DNA from: a virus | Taxonomy: Duplodnaviria > Caudoviricetes | Length of the DNA stretch: 64,000 nucleotides | Strand: one strand, 5' to 3' | IMG/VR virus record: IMGVR_UViG_3300022752_000016 | In this document: positions 47,367 to 57,398 of the stretch, piece by piece | Layout of the letters: every line of letters starts with the position of its first letter | Position numbering within the stretch: position 1 is the stretch's first letter | Notes under the pieces: model-generated | What the model saw: the letters and a program-made list of their open reading frames with translations, nothing else | What the model was told of the DNA's origin: nothing | Database searches by the model: none | Made by a program: the position numbers and the translations under genes

Positions 47367-47656
47367 ACAACGATATAATTTTAAACATATATTCTTGGGT
47401 AAAACAGGATTGGAAATCTAATCCTTTAAGATTTTTTATAGAATTATTGGCTTGGACTATAAGTATTGGTTGTGCCTTGATTATGGCACTAACTGTACCT
47501 AACCCTCCTCTTATGATATTATATCCATTGTGGATATTAGGATGTATACTGTATGCTTGGGCATCATACTCAAGAAAATCATTTGGTATGTTGGGAAATT
47601 ATTTGTTACTTACTTCAGTTGATATTATTGGATTAGCAAGGTTATTAATACAATGA
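47363..47656 (+). CDS. Small membrane protein (about 3 TM)
   Basis: Three hydrophobic stretches in 97 aa. Confidence 0.7.
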   Translation: MNNDIILNIYSWVKQDWKSNPLRFFIELLAWTISIGCALIMALTVPNPPLMILYPLWILGCILYAWASYSRKSFGMLGNYLLLTSVDIIGLARLLIQ

Positions 47657-50361
47657 GTTATATAGACGCCATACACGATAGAGATAGTGATAAAATTTAT
47701 GTAGTAGAACGTACTACAGATGGCAAACGTACCTATAAAGAGTTTCCAGCTAATTATACATTTTACTATAGTGATCCTAAAGGTAAATATCGCAGCATAT
47801 ACGGAGATACTGTAGCCAAATTTAGCACAAGAAAACGTAGTGAGTTTGAAAAAGAACGACGGATTCATGCAAATAAAAAATTATTTGAAAGTGATATTAA
47901 CGTAGTTTATCGATGCCTTTCGGAAAACTATCTTAAAGTAGAAGCTCCAAAATTACACACTGTGTTTTTTGATATTGAAGTAGACTTTGATCCTGAAAAA
48001 GGATTTAGCCCAACAACTGATCCATTTAATCCTGTCACTGCAATTAGTTTGTATTTGGATTGGTTAGATCAGTTAGTTACCCTATGTATTCCACCAAAAC
48101 ATATGAGCCAAGAAACGGCCAATGATTTGACTAAACACATGAACAATACTATGCTATTTGATAATGAAAAAGAAATGTTTGAAACATTCTTTCAACTTAT
48201 TGAAGATGCAGATGTATTGACAGGTTGGAATAGTGAAGGATACGATATACCATATATGGTTAATCGTGTAACACGTATAATGAGTAAGGATGATACCAGA
48301 AAATTCTGTTTACTTGGACAAACTCCTAAAATGCGTACATATGAACGATTTGGAAAAGATGAGCAAACTTATGATTTAGTTGGTCGTATTCATATGGATT
48401 ATTTGCAGTTATATAAGAAGTATAACTATGAATCACGCCATAGTTATGCACTAGATTTTATTGGCGAAATGGAAGTAGGAGAAAACAAAACAAAATATGA
48501 AGGTACATTAGATCAATTGTACAACAAAGATTTTGTCACGTTTTTAGAATATAATCGCCAAGATACAATGTTACTTGTTAAAATTCATAATAAACTTAAA
48601 TTCTTAGATTTAGCCAATGCACTAGCGCATGAAAATACTGTATTGATTCCCACAGTAATGGGTAGTGTGGCTATGATTGAAATGGCTATTATGAATGAAG
48701 CACATGAACGTGGTTTAGTAGTACCTGATAAAAAACGAAAGGAACATAGTGATGAACAACAAGCAGCAGGTGCCTTTGTTGCTACGCCCAAAAGGGGTAT
48801 ACACGAATACGTCGGAGCGGTCGATATCAACAGTCTATACCCGTCAGCAATCCGCGCTCTTAACATGGCGCCAGAAACCATTGTTGGACAAATCAGACAA
48901 ACTCTTACAGACCAATACATGAAAGAAAAGGGCAATAAACTTGCCCGTGAAAAAAAATATTATAAAGATGGTGATGATGATGTCACTGGAGCGATTCTAT
49001 GGGAAGGATTATTTGGTAGTTTAGAATATACTGCTATAATGAATCGTGAACGTGGAACTATGCTTACACTAGATTATGAAGATGGACGAAGTGTAGAAAT
49101 GAGTGCCTGTGAAATATGGAAACTTGTATTTGATAGTCATAAACCATATATTCTCAGCGCAAATGGTACTATCTTTAGACATGACCAAGAAGGTGTGATC
49201 CCAGGATTATTAACACGTTGGTACAGTGATCGTAAAGTTATGCAGAAAAAATTAAAAGAAAGCACAACTGATGAAGATAAAGAATACTGGGATAAAAGAC
49301 AACTTGTTCGTAAGATTTTACTAAACTCAGCATATGGTGCATTGTTAAATGAACATTGTCGTTTTTATGATAAACGTATTGGTCAAAGTGTTACATTAAC
49401 AGGTCGGCAAATCGTTAAGCATATGATGAGTACCATTAATGAAGTTATTACTGGTGAATACAATCACGAAGGTTCAGCAATTGTATATGGTGATACTGAC
49501 AGTTGCTATTTCAGTGCATACCCAATTCTAAAATCACAAATAGAAAATACGGAAGTAGACTGGAATAAAGACCTATGTATTCAATTATACGACAATATTG
49601 CTGAACAAGCGAATCAATCGTTTCCTAGTTTTATGGAACGTGCATTTCATTGTCCAAGAAAAAATGGAGAAATTATTGTAGCTGGTCGTGAATTGATTGG
49701 TGATCGTAGCATTTTTATTACTAAAAAACGTTATGCAATTAATATTTACGATAAAGAAGGTAAGCGTAAAGACGTAAATGGGAAACAAGGTGATATCAAA
49801 GCAATGGGACTTGACTTAAAACGTGCAGATACTCCGAAATTCATACAAGAATTTTTAATGCATATTTTAGAAATGGTACTAGCTGGTAAACAAAAAGAAG
49901 ATATCATAGAAAAAATTAAAACGTTTAAAAATATATTATCTGAGCGTGATAGTTGGTTGAAGGGTACACCTAAATCAGTAAACAAGCTTACATACTATGG
50001 TGAATTAGAAAAAAACAGTAAAACAGGCAAAGTAAACATGCCTGGACATGTTCGTGCTGCACTTAACTACAACTATCTACGTAAGGCTAATAGTGATAAC
50101 TACAGCATGAAAATCGTAGATGGGATGAAAGTTGTGGTATGCAAATTAAAAAGTAATCCATTAGGGTTTACAAGTATTGCATATCCCACAGATGAGTTAC
50201 GTTTGCCTAAATGGTTTTGTGAATTACCATTTGATGATATTGAGATGGAACGTGGTTTAGTAGATGAAAAGATTGATAACCTATTAGGTGTGTTAAATTG
50301 GGACTTAAGACGTAGTACAGATACTACAACAACATTTGATGAGTTGTTTACATTTGGTTAA
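47653..50361 (+). CDS. Family B DNA polymerase (gp43-like)
   Basis: Exonuclease 'FFDIEV', 'GWNSEGYDIPY', 'YNRQD'; polymerase 'VDINSLYPS', 'KILLNSAYG', 'YGDTDS', 'KKRYA'. Confidence 0.97.
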   Translation: MSYIDAIHDRDSDKIYVVERTTDGKRTYKEFPANYTFYYSDPKGKYRSIYGDTVAKFSTRKRSEFEKERRIHANKKLFESDINVVYRCLSENYLKVEAPKLHTVFFDIEVDFDPEKGFSPTTDPFNPVTAISLYLDWLDQLVTLCIPPKHMSQETANDLTKHMNNTMLFDNEKEMFETFFQLIEDADVLTGWNSEGYDIPYMVNRVTRIMSKDDTRKFCLLGQTPKMRTYERFGKDEQTYDLVGRIHMDYLQLYKKYNYESRHSYALDFIGEMEVGENKTKYEGTLDQLYNKDFVTFLEYNRQDTMLLVKIHNKLKFLDLANALAHENTVLIPTVMGSVAMIEMAIMNEAHERGLVVPDKKRKEHSDEQQAAGAFVATPKRGIHEYVGAVDINSLYPSAIRALNMAPETIVGQIRQTLTDQYMKEKGNKLAREKKYYKDGDDDVTGAILWEGLFGSLEYTAIMNRERGTMLTLDYEDGRSVEMSACEIWKLVFDSHKPYILSANGTIFRHDQEGVIPGLLTRWYSDRKVMQKKLKESTTDEDKEYWDKRQLVRKILLNSAYGALLNEHCRFYDKRIGQSVTLTGRQIVKHMMSTINEVITGEYNHEGSAIVYGDTDSCYFSAYPILKSQIENTEVDWNKDLCIQLYDNIAEQANQSFPSFMERAFHCPRKNGEIIVAGRELIGDRSIFITKKRYAINIYDKEGKRKDVNGKQGDIKAMGLDLKRADTPKFIQEFLMHILEMVLAGKQKEDIIEKIKTFKNILSERDSWLKGTPKSVNKLTYYGELEKNSKTGKVNMPGHVRAALNYNYLRKANSDNYSMKIVDGMKVVVCKLKSNPLGFTSIAYPTDELRLPKWFCELPFDDIEMERGLVDEKIDNLLGVLNWDLRRSTDTTTTFDELFTFG

Positions 50362-50369
50362 ATTGATAG

Positions 50370-50398
50370 TTGACTTGTGTAATAAAATCCATTATTAT
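50370..50398 (+). promoter_or_regulatory. Sigma70-like promoter TTGACT-N17-TATTAT
   Basis: Upstream of the clamp gene; a CTAAATA late-like motif also lies at 50414-50420. Confidence 0.55.
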
Positions 50399-50442
50399 AC
50401 ACACTATAAATGCCTAAATATAATTTTAAATAAAGGGAAAAA

Positions 50443-51174
50443 ATGAAAGATTATTTGTTAGATTTGATTCAACATACTTATGGGTTGGGTGTGATTGAGT
50501 TAGTAAAAATTACAGGAACGAAAAAGTCCACAGAACTAAATGCAATCGCTGAGGATAAATCAGTTATTATTTCTGGTACTTTTAATACTGCTCTACCAGA
50601 GTTTGTAGGCGTGTTTGGTATGCCTAACTTAGGTAAACTTAAAACTATTCTTAGTTTTGATGATTATGATGATAAAGCTGTTATTTCTGTAACTACAAAA
50701 AATGAAGATGGTGTTGATGTACCTGCGTCTATTCACTTTGAAACAGGAGTAGGCGATTTTGTTAATGATTACAGATTAATGAGTAAAGTGTTAGTTGAAG
50801 ATAAAGTAAAACACGTAACCTTTAAAGGAACTACATGGGATGTTGAATTCGACCCAACTATCGCAGGTATACAGCGCCTCAAGAAACAAGCGCAGGCGCA
50901 TAATGAGGAGCCTTATTTCACCACGAAAACAGACAAGGGTGATCTTAAAATTTACTTTGGTGACCATAGTACTCACAATGGCAATTTCGTATTTCATCCT
51001 AGTGTAAACGGAACATTAAGTAAAAGTTGGAAGTGGCCTGTTAAAGTGTTTATTGCTATAATGGATTTACCTGGTGATAAAACTGTTAGAATCAGTGATA
51101 AAGGTGCCACTGAAGTTACTGTTAATAGTGGAATGGCAAGTTATCGTTATCTTTTCCCTGCACAAACAAAATGA
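50443..51174 (+). CDS. DNA polymerase sliding clamp (gp45-like)
   Basis: 243 aa, two-fold beta/alpha pattern, directly after PolB; clamp loader present in the window. Confidence 0.65.
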   Translation: MKDYLLDLIQHTYGLGVIELVKITGTKKSTELNAIAEDKSVIISGTFNTALPEFVGVFGMPNLGKLKTILSFDDYDDKAVISVTTKNEDGVDVPASIHFETGVGDFVNDYRLMSKVLVEDKVKHVTFKGTTWDVEFDPTIAGIQRLKKQAQAHNEEPYFTTKTDKGDLKIYFGDHSTHNGNFVFHPSVNGTLSKSWKWPVKVFIAIMDLPGDKTVRISDKGATEVTVNSGMASYRYLFPAQTK

Positions 51175-51542
51175 TTAAGAATATTATAGGTGGTTCAGGA
51201 ATCACTGTAGCGGGAGGGAATAGTTCGTATCCACATGTAAATATGAGTAATCCTAGTGCAGGTATGGTTCGGTATAATGGCAATAATCAAACGTTTGAAG
51301 TTTATGATGGATCATCTTGGCTTAGCGTAACAGGTAATTATACCCAAATTGAACTAGATAATGATACAAAAACTTTGATTAATTGGGCTAAAGCTAAACG
51401 TGCTGAAGAAGAATATTTAAAGAAAGAAGCAGAAAATAATCCAACAATTAAAGACTTAATCAATCAACGCAATGATATTGACAAAAAAATAACAATGGTT
51501 AAAACATTAATAAAAAGTGAATGTAATGTTTGTGGGGTATAA
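51171..51542 (+). CDS. Hypothetical protein
   Basis: 123-aa ATGA-coupled ORF. Confidence 0.7.
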   Translation: MIKNIIGGSGITVAGGNSSYPHVNMSNPSAGMVRYNGNNQTFEVYDGSSWLSVTGNYTQIELDNDTKTLINWAKAKRAEEEYLKKEAENNPTIKDLINQRNDIDKKITMVKTLIKSECNVCGV

Positions 51543-51551
51543 TAAAGTCTA

Positions 51552-53087
51552 ATGCTTAAACAAGACAATCTTTCAAGTAAACATAATCCTGAATGGGCAT
51601 TGTTTTTACCTGCTATTAGTAGTTTTTATATTAGTGGATTGGGCAAACAACGTGAGGGTGAACAGTATTTTGACCCAGCACGTATACCAATTGGTTTTAA
51701 TAATGATGTTGAATGCTTAAATTTTCTTAACAGTAAACAAGGATTGTTTACATACAAATGGGGATTATATAGTGCTGGCCATGCCAATCTTGATACTAGT
51801 GTTATTGATAATGCTGAAAGCATTATAAGAAAACGTGAGAAGGGTACTTTCTTGTTAGGTGATAGTGGTGGCTTTCAGATTATGAAAGGCCAATGGCCTG
51901 CTGATTGGAAAGATATAAACTGTCCTAAAGCTATGAAACAACGACAAAAGGTGTTAAATTGGATGGACACATACATGGACTATGGAATGTGTTTAGATGT
52001 GCCAACACAAACACTACGTAACAAACACTTGTTAGATAAACATGGCATATCTACAATTGAAGAAGCAGTTAGGGCTACACATATCAATAATGAGTATTTT
52101 ATCCAACATCGTAATGGCGAATGTAAATTTCTCAACGTACTACAAGGATTGAATCATAAACAATCTGATGATTGGTACGATGAAATGAAGAAGTACTGTG
52201 ACCCAAAAGTTTATCCTAAAAACTATTTTAATGGTTGGGCTTTTGGTGGACAGACGAAAATTGACATACATCTTACATTAAAGCGTATGGTGAATATTAT
52301 TCACGATGGTCTGCTTGAAGAAGGCAAACACGACCTTATACATTGTTTGGGTACAAGCATTTTAGAATATGCTGTATTGTTTAGTGATATTCAAAGAGCA
52401 ATACGCAAATATCATAATCCAAAATTACAAATTACTTTTGATTGTGCTAGCCCATTTTTTAGTGCTGCTAAAGGTCTTGCTTATTTCTACACTAATATTC
52501 AACATAACAAGAAATGGGCATACAGCATGGAGAAAACTGCTGAAAAGAAAAGCTATGCTAATGATAGTCGCAAGTTTCGGGACGCTGTATTGCAAGATGG
52601 TATCCATAAGTTGTTTACAGATAGCCCTGTTACTGATAGAATGATGGTTCGTGATTTGTGTTACAGAGGGCAAGGGTTTATTGGAGCACATGGAAAAGAA
52701 ACTAAAACCAGTTGGGATACATTGAGTTATACGTTGTTACAGGCACATAATGTTTATCAACATATTGTAGCCGTACAAGAAGGCAATAGACAATATGATT
52801 CGGGTATTAAACCAAGTATGGTGTTAAGTCAATTTGATACAAAAGATTTCGGTAGTTTAGTTGATGACATTTTTAGTCTAAAAGATAGAAAGAAAAGTTT
52901 AGCATTACTTGATAAGTACGATAGTTTTTGGACACAAATGAAGTCAGGTAGTCAAGGGTTTAGTGGTAAGAAAACAGTAAATGCAAGTACAATGTTTGAT
53001 GAGTTATTTGAAGTAAGTGATGAACAATATGTTGATGAAGATAGTATTGACAGTGATGAATTAATATCTGAAATGTTAGGAGAATAA
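51552..53087 (+). CDS. tRNA-guanine transglycosylase-fold protein; probable DNA 7-deazaguanine insertase (DpdA-like)
   Basis: TGT motifs 'LGDSGGFQI', 'MCLDVP', 'NVLQG', 'GWAFGG', 'IHCLG', 'TFDCASP'; clustered with folE, queD and queE. Confidence 0.8.
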   Translation: MLKQDNLSSKHNPEWALFLPAISSFYISGLGKQREGEQYFDPARIPIGFNNDVECLNFLNSKQGLFTYKWGLYSAGHANLDTSVIDNAESIIRKREKGTFLLGDSGGFQIMKGQWPADWKDINCPKAMKQRQKVLNWMDTYMDYGMCLDVPTQTLRNKHLLDKHGISTIEEAVRATHINNEYFIQHRNGECKFLNVLQGLNHKQSDDWYDEMKKYCDPKVYPKNYFNGWAFGGQTKIDIHLTLKRMVNIIHDGLLEEGKHDLIHCLGTSILEYAVLFSDIQRAIRKYHNPKLQITFDCASPFFSAAKGLAYFYTNIQHNKKWAYSMEKTAEKKSYANDSRKFRDAVLQDGIHKLFTDSPVTDRMMVRDLCYRGQGFIGAHGKETKTSWDTLSYTLLQAHNVYQHIVAVQEGNRQYDSGIKPSMVLSQFDTKDFGSLVDDIFSLKDRKKSLALLDKYDSFWTQMKSGSQGFSGKKTVNASTMFDELFEVSDEQYVDEDSIDSDELISEMLGE

Positions 53088-53089
53088 TC

Positions 53090-53296
53090 ATGCCATATCG
53101 TGAACAAATACGTAGATTGACAGAAACCCATCGTGTGTTAGATGACCAAGTAAAACATTTAGAAATGATTGGCGCAGATAAAATGCGTATTAACGAACTC
53201 AAAAGGCGAAAACTTATGTTTAAAGACGAACTTTCAAGATTACATAGGTTGCAATGGGAAGAAGATCATGATAGAATCAACCTCGACGATAGATAA
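53090..53296 (+). CDS. Small coiled-coil protein (DUF465/YdcH-like)
   Basis: 'RLTETHRVLDDQV..LE...LKRRKL.FKDEL' pattern. Confidence 0.65.
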   Translation: MPYREQIRRLTETHRVLDDQVKHLEMIGADKMRINELKRRKLMFKDELSRLHRLQWEEDHDRINLDDR

Positions 53297-53462
53297 TTCA
53301 AATTTAAAATTTTTTGCTGAAGATACAGAAATGCTACGTATAACAAGAGATGGGTTTTACGTTCGAGGTGTTAAACTTGAGCAAGATGAAAAAGAAGCAG
53401 AAAATGTATATGAAGCCTTTCATCAATGGTTAACATGGGCTATACTTACCAGGAATTATTAA
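53268..53462 (+). CDS. Hypothetical protein
   Basis: ATG at 53268 preferred over the long overlapping 53169 start. Confidence 0.6.
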   Translation: MIESTSTIDNSNLKFFAEDTEMLRITRDGFYVRGVKLEQDEKEAENVYEAFHQWLTWAILTRNY

Positions 53463-53463
53463 A

Positions 53464-53922
53464 ATGGATCAAAGACAAATAATGTTACAAGATAAAATTA
53501 ATCGTATAAAACAAGAAGCCAAACGTATGATTTGGGTAACTTTTCGTAAAGAAGGTATTCATAAATACCCAGCAGCTAGTGAAGATCCTAAGCTGAAAAC
53601 AGGAGATGAGTATGACGTTTCGTTTTTGGGTTACCCTCATAGGCATATATTTCATTTTACCGTTGGTATTGAAGTATTTCACAACGATAGAGATATTGAA
53701 TTTATACAATTCAAACGTTGGCTTGAACGATTGTATTCTGGCAACCAAGGTGTATTGTCGTTAGATTATAAAAGCTGCGAAATGATTAGCGATGACTTAT
53801 ACGTTACAATTGCTAATCGTTATCCAGAACGTGATGTCCATATCACTGTTAGTGAAGATGGCGAGAATGGCGCCACAATTTGTTACAACACAACTAAACC
53901 TAGCCTATCAATTAAAATATAA
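53464..53922 (+). CDS. QueD-like T-fold paralog (candidate DpdL-type CDG decarboxylase)
   Basis: 'FLGYPHRHIFHF', 'DRDIEF', 'SCEMI' and 'VSEDGENG' align to the QueD HGH, DF, T.EN and E.. motifs; distinct from the canonical QueD at 59865. Confidence 0.65.
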   Translation: MDQRQIMLQDKINRIKQEAKRMIWVTFRKEGIHKYPAASEDPKLKTGDEYDVSFLGYPHRHIFHFTVGIEVFHNDRDIEFIQFKRWLERLYSGNQGVLSLDYKSCEMISDDLYVTIANRYPERDVHITVSEDGENGATICYNTTKPSLSIKI

Positions 53923-53931
53923 AGGAAAATA

Positions 53932-54135
53932 ATGGCAAAAGTAAACTTTAAAAATAGTTCAACATATAACAAAATCTTTGAAGATTTAGAGAAGTATTTA
54001 GAATTTTGTAGAGAGTATGGGTACACATTTAATGAATCAGACCTATATACTAATAGGAGCAATTCATATCGTAATTACCAAAAACATATTACAGGTAAAC
54101 CAGTAAAAAATATGTGGGAAACAGATGGAAAATAA
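53932..54135 (+). CDS. Hypothetical protein
   Basis: 67 aa with RBS AAGGA. Confidence 0.7.
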   Translation: MAKVNFKNSSTYNKIFEDLEKYLEFCREYGYTFNESDLYTNRSNSYRNYQKHITGKPVKNMWETDGK

Positions 54136-54913
54136 TCAATATACTGTTGTATTAGTTACAGGTGGGTTTGACCCTATCCATAGTGGTCATATCGCTTACT
54201 TTAAAGCAGCAAAAGAATTAGGGCATCAATTAGTTGTTGGCCTAAATAGTGATGAATGGTTAGCTAGGAAAAAAGGTAGACCATTTATGCCATTGGCAGA
54301 ACGTGCTGCTATTATTAGTGAATTACGTGTTGTAGATGGTTATATAACTTTTGATGATAGCGATAATTCTGCTAAAAATGCAATTAAATATTGTCTAGAA
54401 AATACATTTAATAATGAGCGTATTATATTCGCTAACGGTGGGGATAGAACACAAGAAAATATTCCTGAAATGGAGATTGTAGATCCCAGACTAGAATTTT
54501 GGTTTAATGTTGGTGGCGATAACAAAATGAATTCTAGTAGTTGGATATTACAAGAATGGAAGGCTCCCAAAACAAATAGACAATGGGGTTATTATCGTGT
54601 ATTACATGAAGATGGTCCTAATGTAAAACTTAAAGAACTAACAGTAGAACCAGGTAAAAGTTTAAGTATGCAGAAGCATAATAAACGTAGTGAGTTTTGG
54701 TTCGTTAGTAAAGGTGAGGCTACTGTTAATACATTAAACTCAAAAAGTGATGTAGAACAATTAGGTGTTTATAATAAACATGAACATTTATTTGTACCAA
54801 ACGAACGTTGGCATCAATTATGTAATAATGGATCAGAACCATTAAAACTTATTGAAATCCAATATGGTGAACAATGTATTGAAGATGATATTGAAAGAAA
54901 AACACAAACATGA
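54125..54913 (+). CDS. HxGH sugar-phosphate nucleotidyltransferase (RfaE/TagD-like) fused to a mannose-6-P-isomerase-type cupin
   Basis: 'TGGFDPIHSGH', 'VGLNSD.WL.RKKGRP', 'FANGGDR', 'SSSWIL'; then 'RQWGYYRVL...KELTVEPGKSLSMQKH..RSEFW...WHQL...IEIQYG'. Confidence 0.85.
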   Translation: MENNQYTVVLVTGGFDPIHSGHIAYFKAAKELGHQLVVGLNSDEWLARKKGRPFMPLAERAAIISELRVVDGYITFDDSDNSAKNAIKYCLENTFNNERIIFANGGDRTQENIPEMEIVDPRLEFWFNVGGDNKMNSSSWILQEWKAPKTNRQWGYYRVLHEDGPNVKLKELTVEPGKSLSMQKHNKRSEFWFVSKGEATVNTLNSKSDVEQLGVYNKHEHLFVPNERWHQLCNNGSEPLKLIEIQYGEQCIEDDIERKTQT

Positions 54914-55077
54914 TTGATAAAGTATTTTGGGGTTCTATCATAGTGTTTTTTTGTATTGCTATTGTTTTAGTAATACAAGGTATACACGATCTAGATGAGT
55001 ATATTAGTAACTGTAAAGGGCTAGTTGTTAAAACTCCAGATGGCTGGGTTTGTTCTAATGCACAAAAGGTTAATTAA
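54910..55077 (+). CDS. Small single-pass membrane protein (55 aa; not in the ORF track)
   Basis: MIDKVFWGSIIVFFCIAIVLVIQG...CKG...GWVC...; fills the gap exactly with ATGA and TAATG coupling. Confidence 0.7.
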   Translation: MIDKVFWGSIIVFFCIAIVLVIQGIHDLDEYISNCKGLVVKTPDGWVCSNAQKVN

Positions 55078-56252
55078 TGCGTAAACTATATTATATGGGA
55101 TTGGAGCCTTATAAAGCACGTTATACATTACAATTACAAGAATGGAATCGTAGTGTATTTGAACGCAGGCGTATAAACTATCATATGGTTGAAGGAAAAA
55201 CCTTAGGCAATGATAAAGCTATAGTAATAGGACAAGTCTTAGATGCACATGGTAGGACATACTTTGGAATGAGCCAACTTATGAACTTAGTTCATTTAAT
55301 GAAATTAGGACAGGTTACCTCTAATGATGTAATTTATTTTGAGGATATGTTTCAGCCAGGCATAGAAAGTTTACCCTATATTTTAAATCAAATAGAAAAA
55401 AGACATAAGCCTAAGATATTTGTACGTTGTTTGGCACAAAGTATTGATCCAGATGACTTTGTACATGTATGGGGCATGAGTAAATGGATGGGTCATTATG
55501 AAAAAATGGTAGATAGTTTTGTAGATGGTGTACTAGCAAGTAATGAAGAAATGGTAGCACATATGAAGATTGCTGGTTGGACTAGTCCTATCTATAATAT
55601 ATCTGGATTGGCATTCGGTAAAGTAGAAGTTCAAAATAGAGTAAATAGTATTAAGCCCTTTGATGAAAGGGCGATGCGTGTAGTTTTTTCAGCGAGATGG
55701 GATCAGGAAAAACAGCCTGACTTTTACATGGACCTGATTGAAGCTTGGCACAATATTGAAGGACTTCCAAAGGTTGAATTTGCAGTGTGTAGTGGAAGTA
55801 AGCTACGGTCAAATAATCAAAGTTATATGGAACGCACATACAAATTAGTTGATGAAGGTAAACTTAAGTTATATGAAGATTTAGAAAAAAACGATTATTA
55901 TAATATTCTTAATGATAGTCGTTGTGTGTTTAACTGTGCGTTACAAGATTGGGTCAGTAATACAGTAAGTGAGGCTGATGCATTAGGATGTAATGTTTTA
56001 TACCCTGCATATCGTAGTTTTCCTGAAACCTTCTCCAACGACGCCTCTAGACTATATGTTCCATGGTCTATCAAAGATGCTATACTTAAATTAATTCCAT
56101 TACTAGAAAATCCACATAAAGATATTGGAAAAATTAGTGATTATACTGATAAAACAATAGATAGAATTTGTGATATACTTGAAGGTAATGGTAAACAATA
56201 TTTACGTATGGAAGTAGATTATCGCAAACATAATAGGGAATATAAATTTTAA
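55077..56252 (+). CDS. GT-B fold glycosyltransferase
   Basis: C-terminal 'FSARWDQEKQPD', 'YYNILNDSRCVF', 'SNTVSEADALGC.VLYP...SFPE' GT4-like nucleotide-sugar-binding region. Confidence 0.8.
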   Translation: MRKLYYMGLEPYKARYTLQLQEWNRSVFERRRINYHMVEGKTLGNDKAIVIGQVLDAHGRTYFGMSQLMNLVHLMKLGQVTSNDVIYFEDMFQPGIESLPYILNQIEKRHKPKIFVRCLAQSIDPDDFVHVWGMSKWMGHYEKMVDSFVDGVLASNEEMVAHMKIAGWTSPIYNISGLAFGKVEVQNRVNSIKPFDERAMRVVFSARWDQEKQPDFYMDLIEAWHNIEGLPKVEFAVCSGSKLRSNNQSYMERTYKLVDEGKLKLYEDLEKNDYYNILNDSRCVFNCALQDWVSNTVSEADALGCNVLYPAYRSFPETFSNDASRLYVPWSIKDAILKLIPLLENPHKDIGKISDYTDKTIDRICDILEGNGKQYLRMEVDYRKHNREYKF

Positions 56253-56330
56253 ATAAATAATTTTAATGTAAATAATTGTGACTAAAACCTTTAGTCAAGT
56301 CTATATATCCGTGTAAGGAAGGATTAAAAA

Positions 56331-57011
56331 ATGAGTTATAATAAAACTAAAACAGACCCTGAATTGGGTAAAAGAGTAAATGAGTACTTAGTAAAAATGG
56401 GCGTACAAACTCCCGCAGCGAAATCAAGACACGATAGAAAAACTCAAATTGAATTAATAGAGCAAAATTTTACTGCTATTATGAACATCTTAGGATTGGA
56501 TCTACATGATGATAGTTTAGCTGAAACTCCAAAACGTGTAGCAAAAATGTATGTAAATGAAATATTTTGGGGTTTAGACTATGAAGCTTTTCCTAAATGT
56601 ACCACAGTAAATAATAAAATGAAGTATAATGAAATGGTGGTAGAAAGAAATGTATCAGTTCAGAGCAATTGTGAGCATCATTTTGTGGTTATTGACGGTC
56701 TTGCTACTGTGGCATATGTACCTAAGGATAGAGTATTGGGTCTTAGCAAAATCAACAGAATTGTGGAGTATTTTAGTAAACGCCCTCAAATTCAAGAACG
56801 TTTAACAGAACAAATTTTTCATACATTACAATATATTCTTGATACAGAAGATGTTGCTGTTATGATTGATGCACAACATTACTGTGTAAAAAGCAGAGGT
56901 GTTGAGGATACAGGTAGTAGTACTGTAACAAGTCGTTTGGGTGGTGGATTTAAAAATGATGTTGCTGTGCGTAATGAATTTTACAGTATTGCAAGGAGTT
57001 CATCTAAATGA
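56331..57011 (+). CDS. folE: GTP cyclohydrolase I
   Basis: 'TPKRVAKMY', 'SNCEHHF', 'GLSKINRIV.YFSKRPQIQERLT', 'HYCVKSRGV'. Confidence 0.95.
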   Translation: MSYNKTKTDPELGKRVNEYLVKMGVQTPAAKSRHDRKTQIELIEQNFTAIMNILGLDLHDDSLAETPKRVAKMYVNEIFWGLDYEAFPKCTTVNNKMKYNEMVVERNVSVQSNCEHHFVVIDGLATVAYVPKDRVLGLSKINRIVEYFSKRPQIQERLTEQIFHTLQYILDTEDVAVMIDAQHYCVKSRGVEDTGSSTVTSRLGGGFKNDVAVRNEFYSIARSSSK

Positions 57012-57175
57012 GTTGTAATATCTGTAAAAAAGAGTATAGTCCCAATTGTGATTATAATCAGGGTAGATGCCCACATCATAGGCCTTTAATAACAAATCCT
57101 TATCCATTATGGTTAATAATTTTATTTGTAGCAGTTGTACTATTTTATAGTACTGGGAATAATTATGGGTTTTAA
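57008..57175 (+). CDS. Small Zn-finger plus transmembrane protein (55 aa; not in the ORF track)
   Basis: MSCNICKKEYSPNCDYNQGRCPHH followed by 'LWLIILFVAVVLFY'; ATGA coupling to folE. Confidence 0.65.
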   Translation: MSCNICKKEYSPNCDYNQGRCPHHRPLITNPYPLWLIILFVAVVLFYSTGNNYGF

Positions 57176-57398
57176 AAAACCTGAATTGCAAACTGCAACA
57201 GACATTATTTTTCAAGCTATATATGAAACTCATAGTAAATACAACGATGGTTTTACCCAGTTTGAAATTAAAAAAGATTTATATAAGCTTAAGTGGATAA
57301 TGGATGATTATTTTAAAAAAGCAGATAAGTTTCAAGGGGAAGATGAATGGGTTGAAAAGATATTACAACAAAGAGTATGGGAGTTACTTAAAAAATGA
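57165..57398 (+). CDS. Hypothetical protein
   Basis: ATG at 57165 (MGFKKPEL...); 77 aa. Confidence 0.65.
   Translation: MGFKKPELQTATDIIFQAIYETHSKYNDGFTQFEIKKDLYKLKWIMDDYFKKADKFQGEDEWVEKILQQRVWELLKK

Noticed and set aside
53169-53267. N-terminal extension of the 53169..53462 ORF (and similar extensions at 6214, 23541, 25235, 42308, 43185, 58224, 60676)
   Set aside because: These extensions overlap upstream genes or hairpins; downstream ATGs with coupling or an RBS are more plausible starts.
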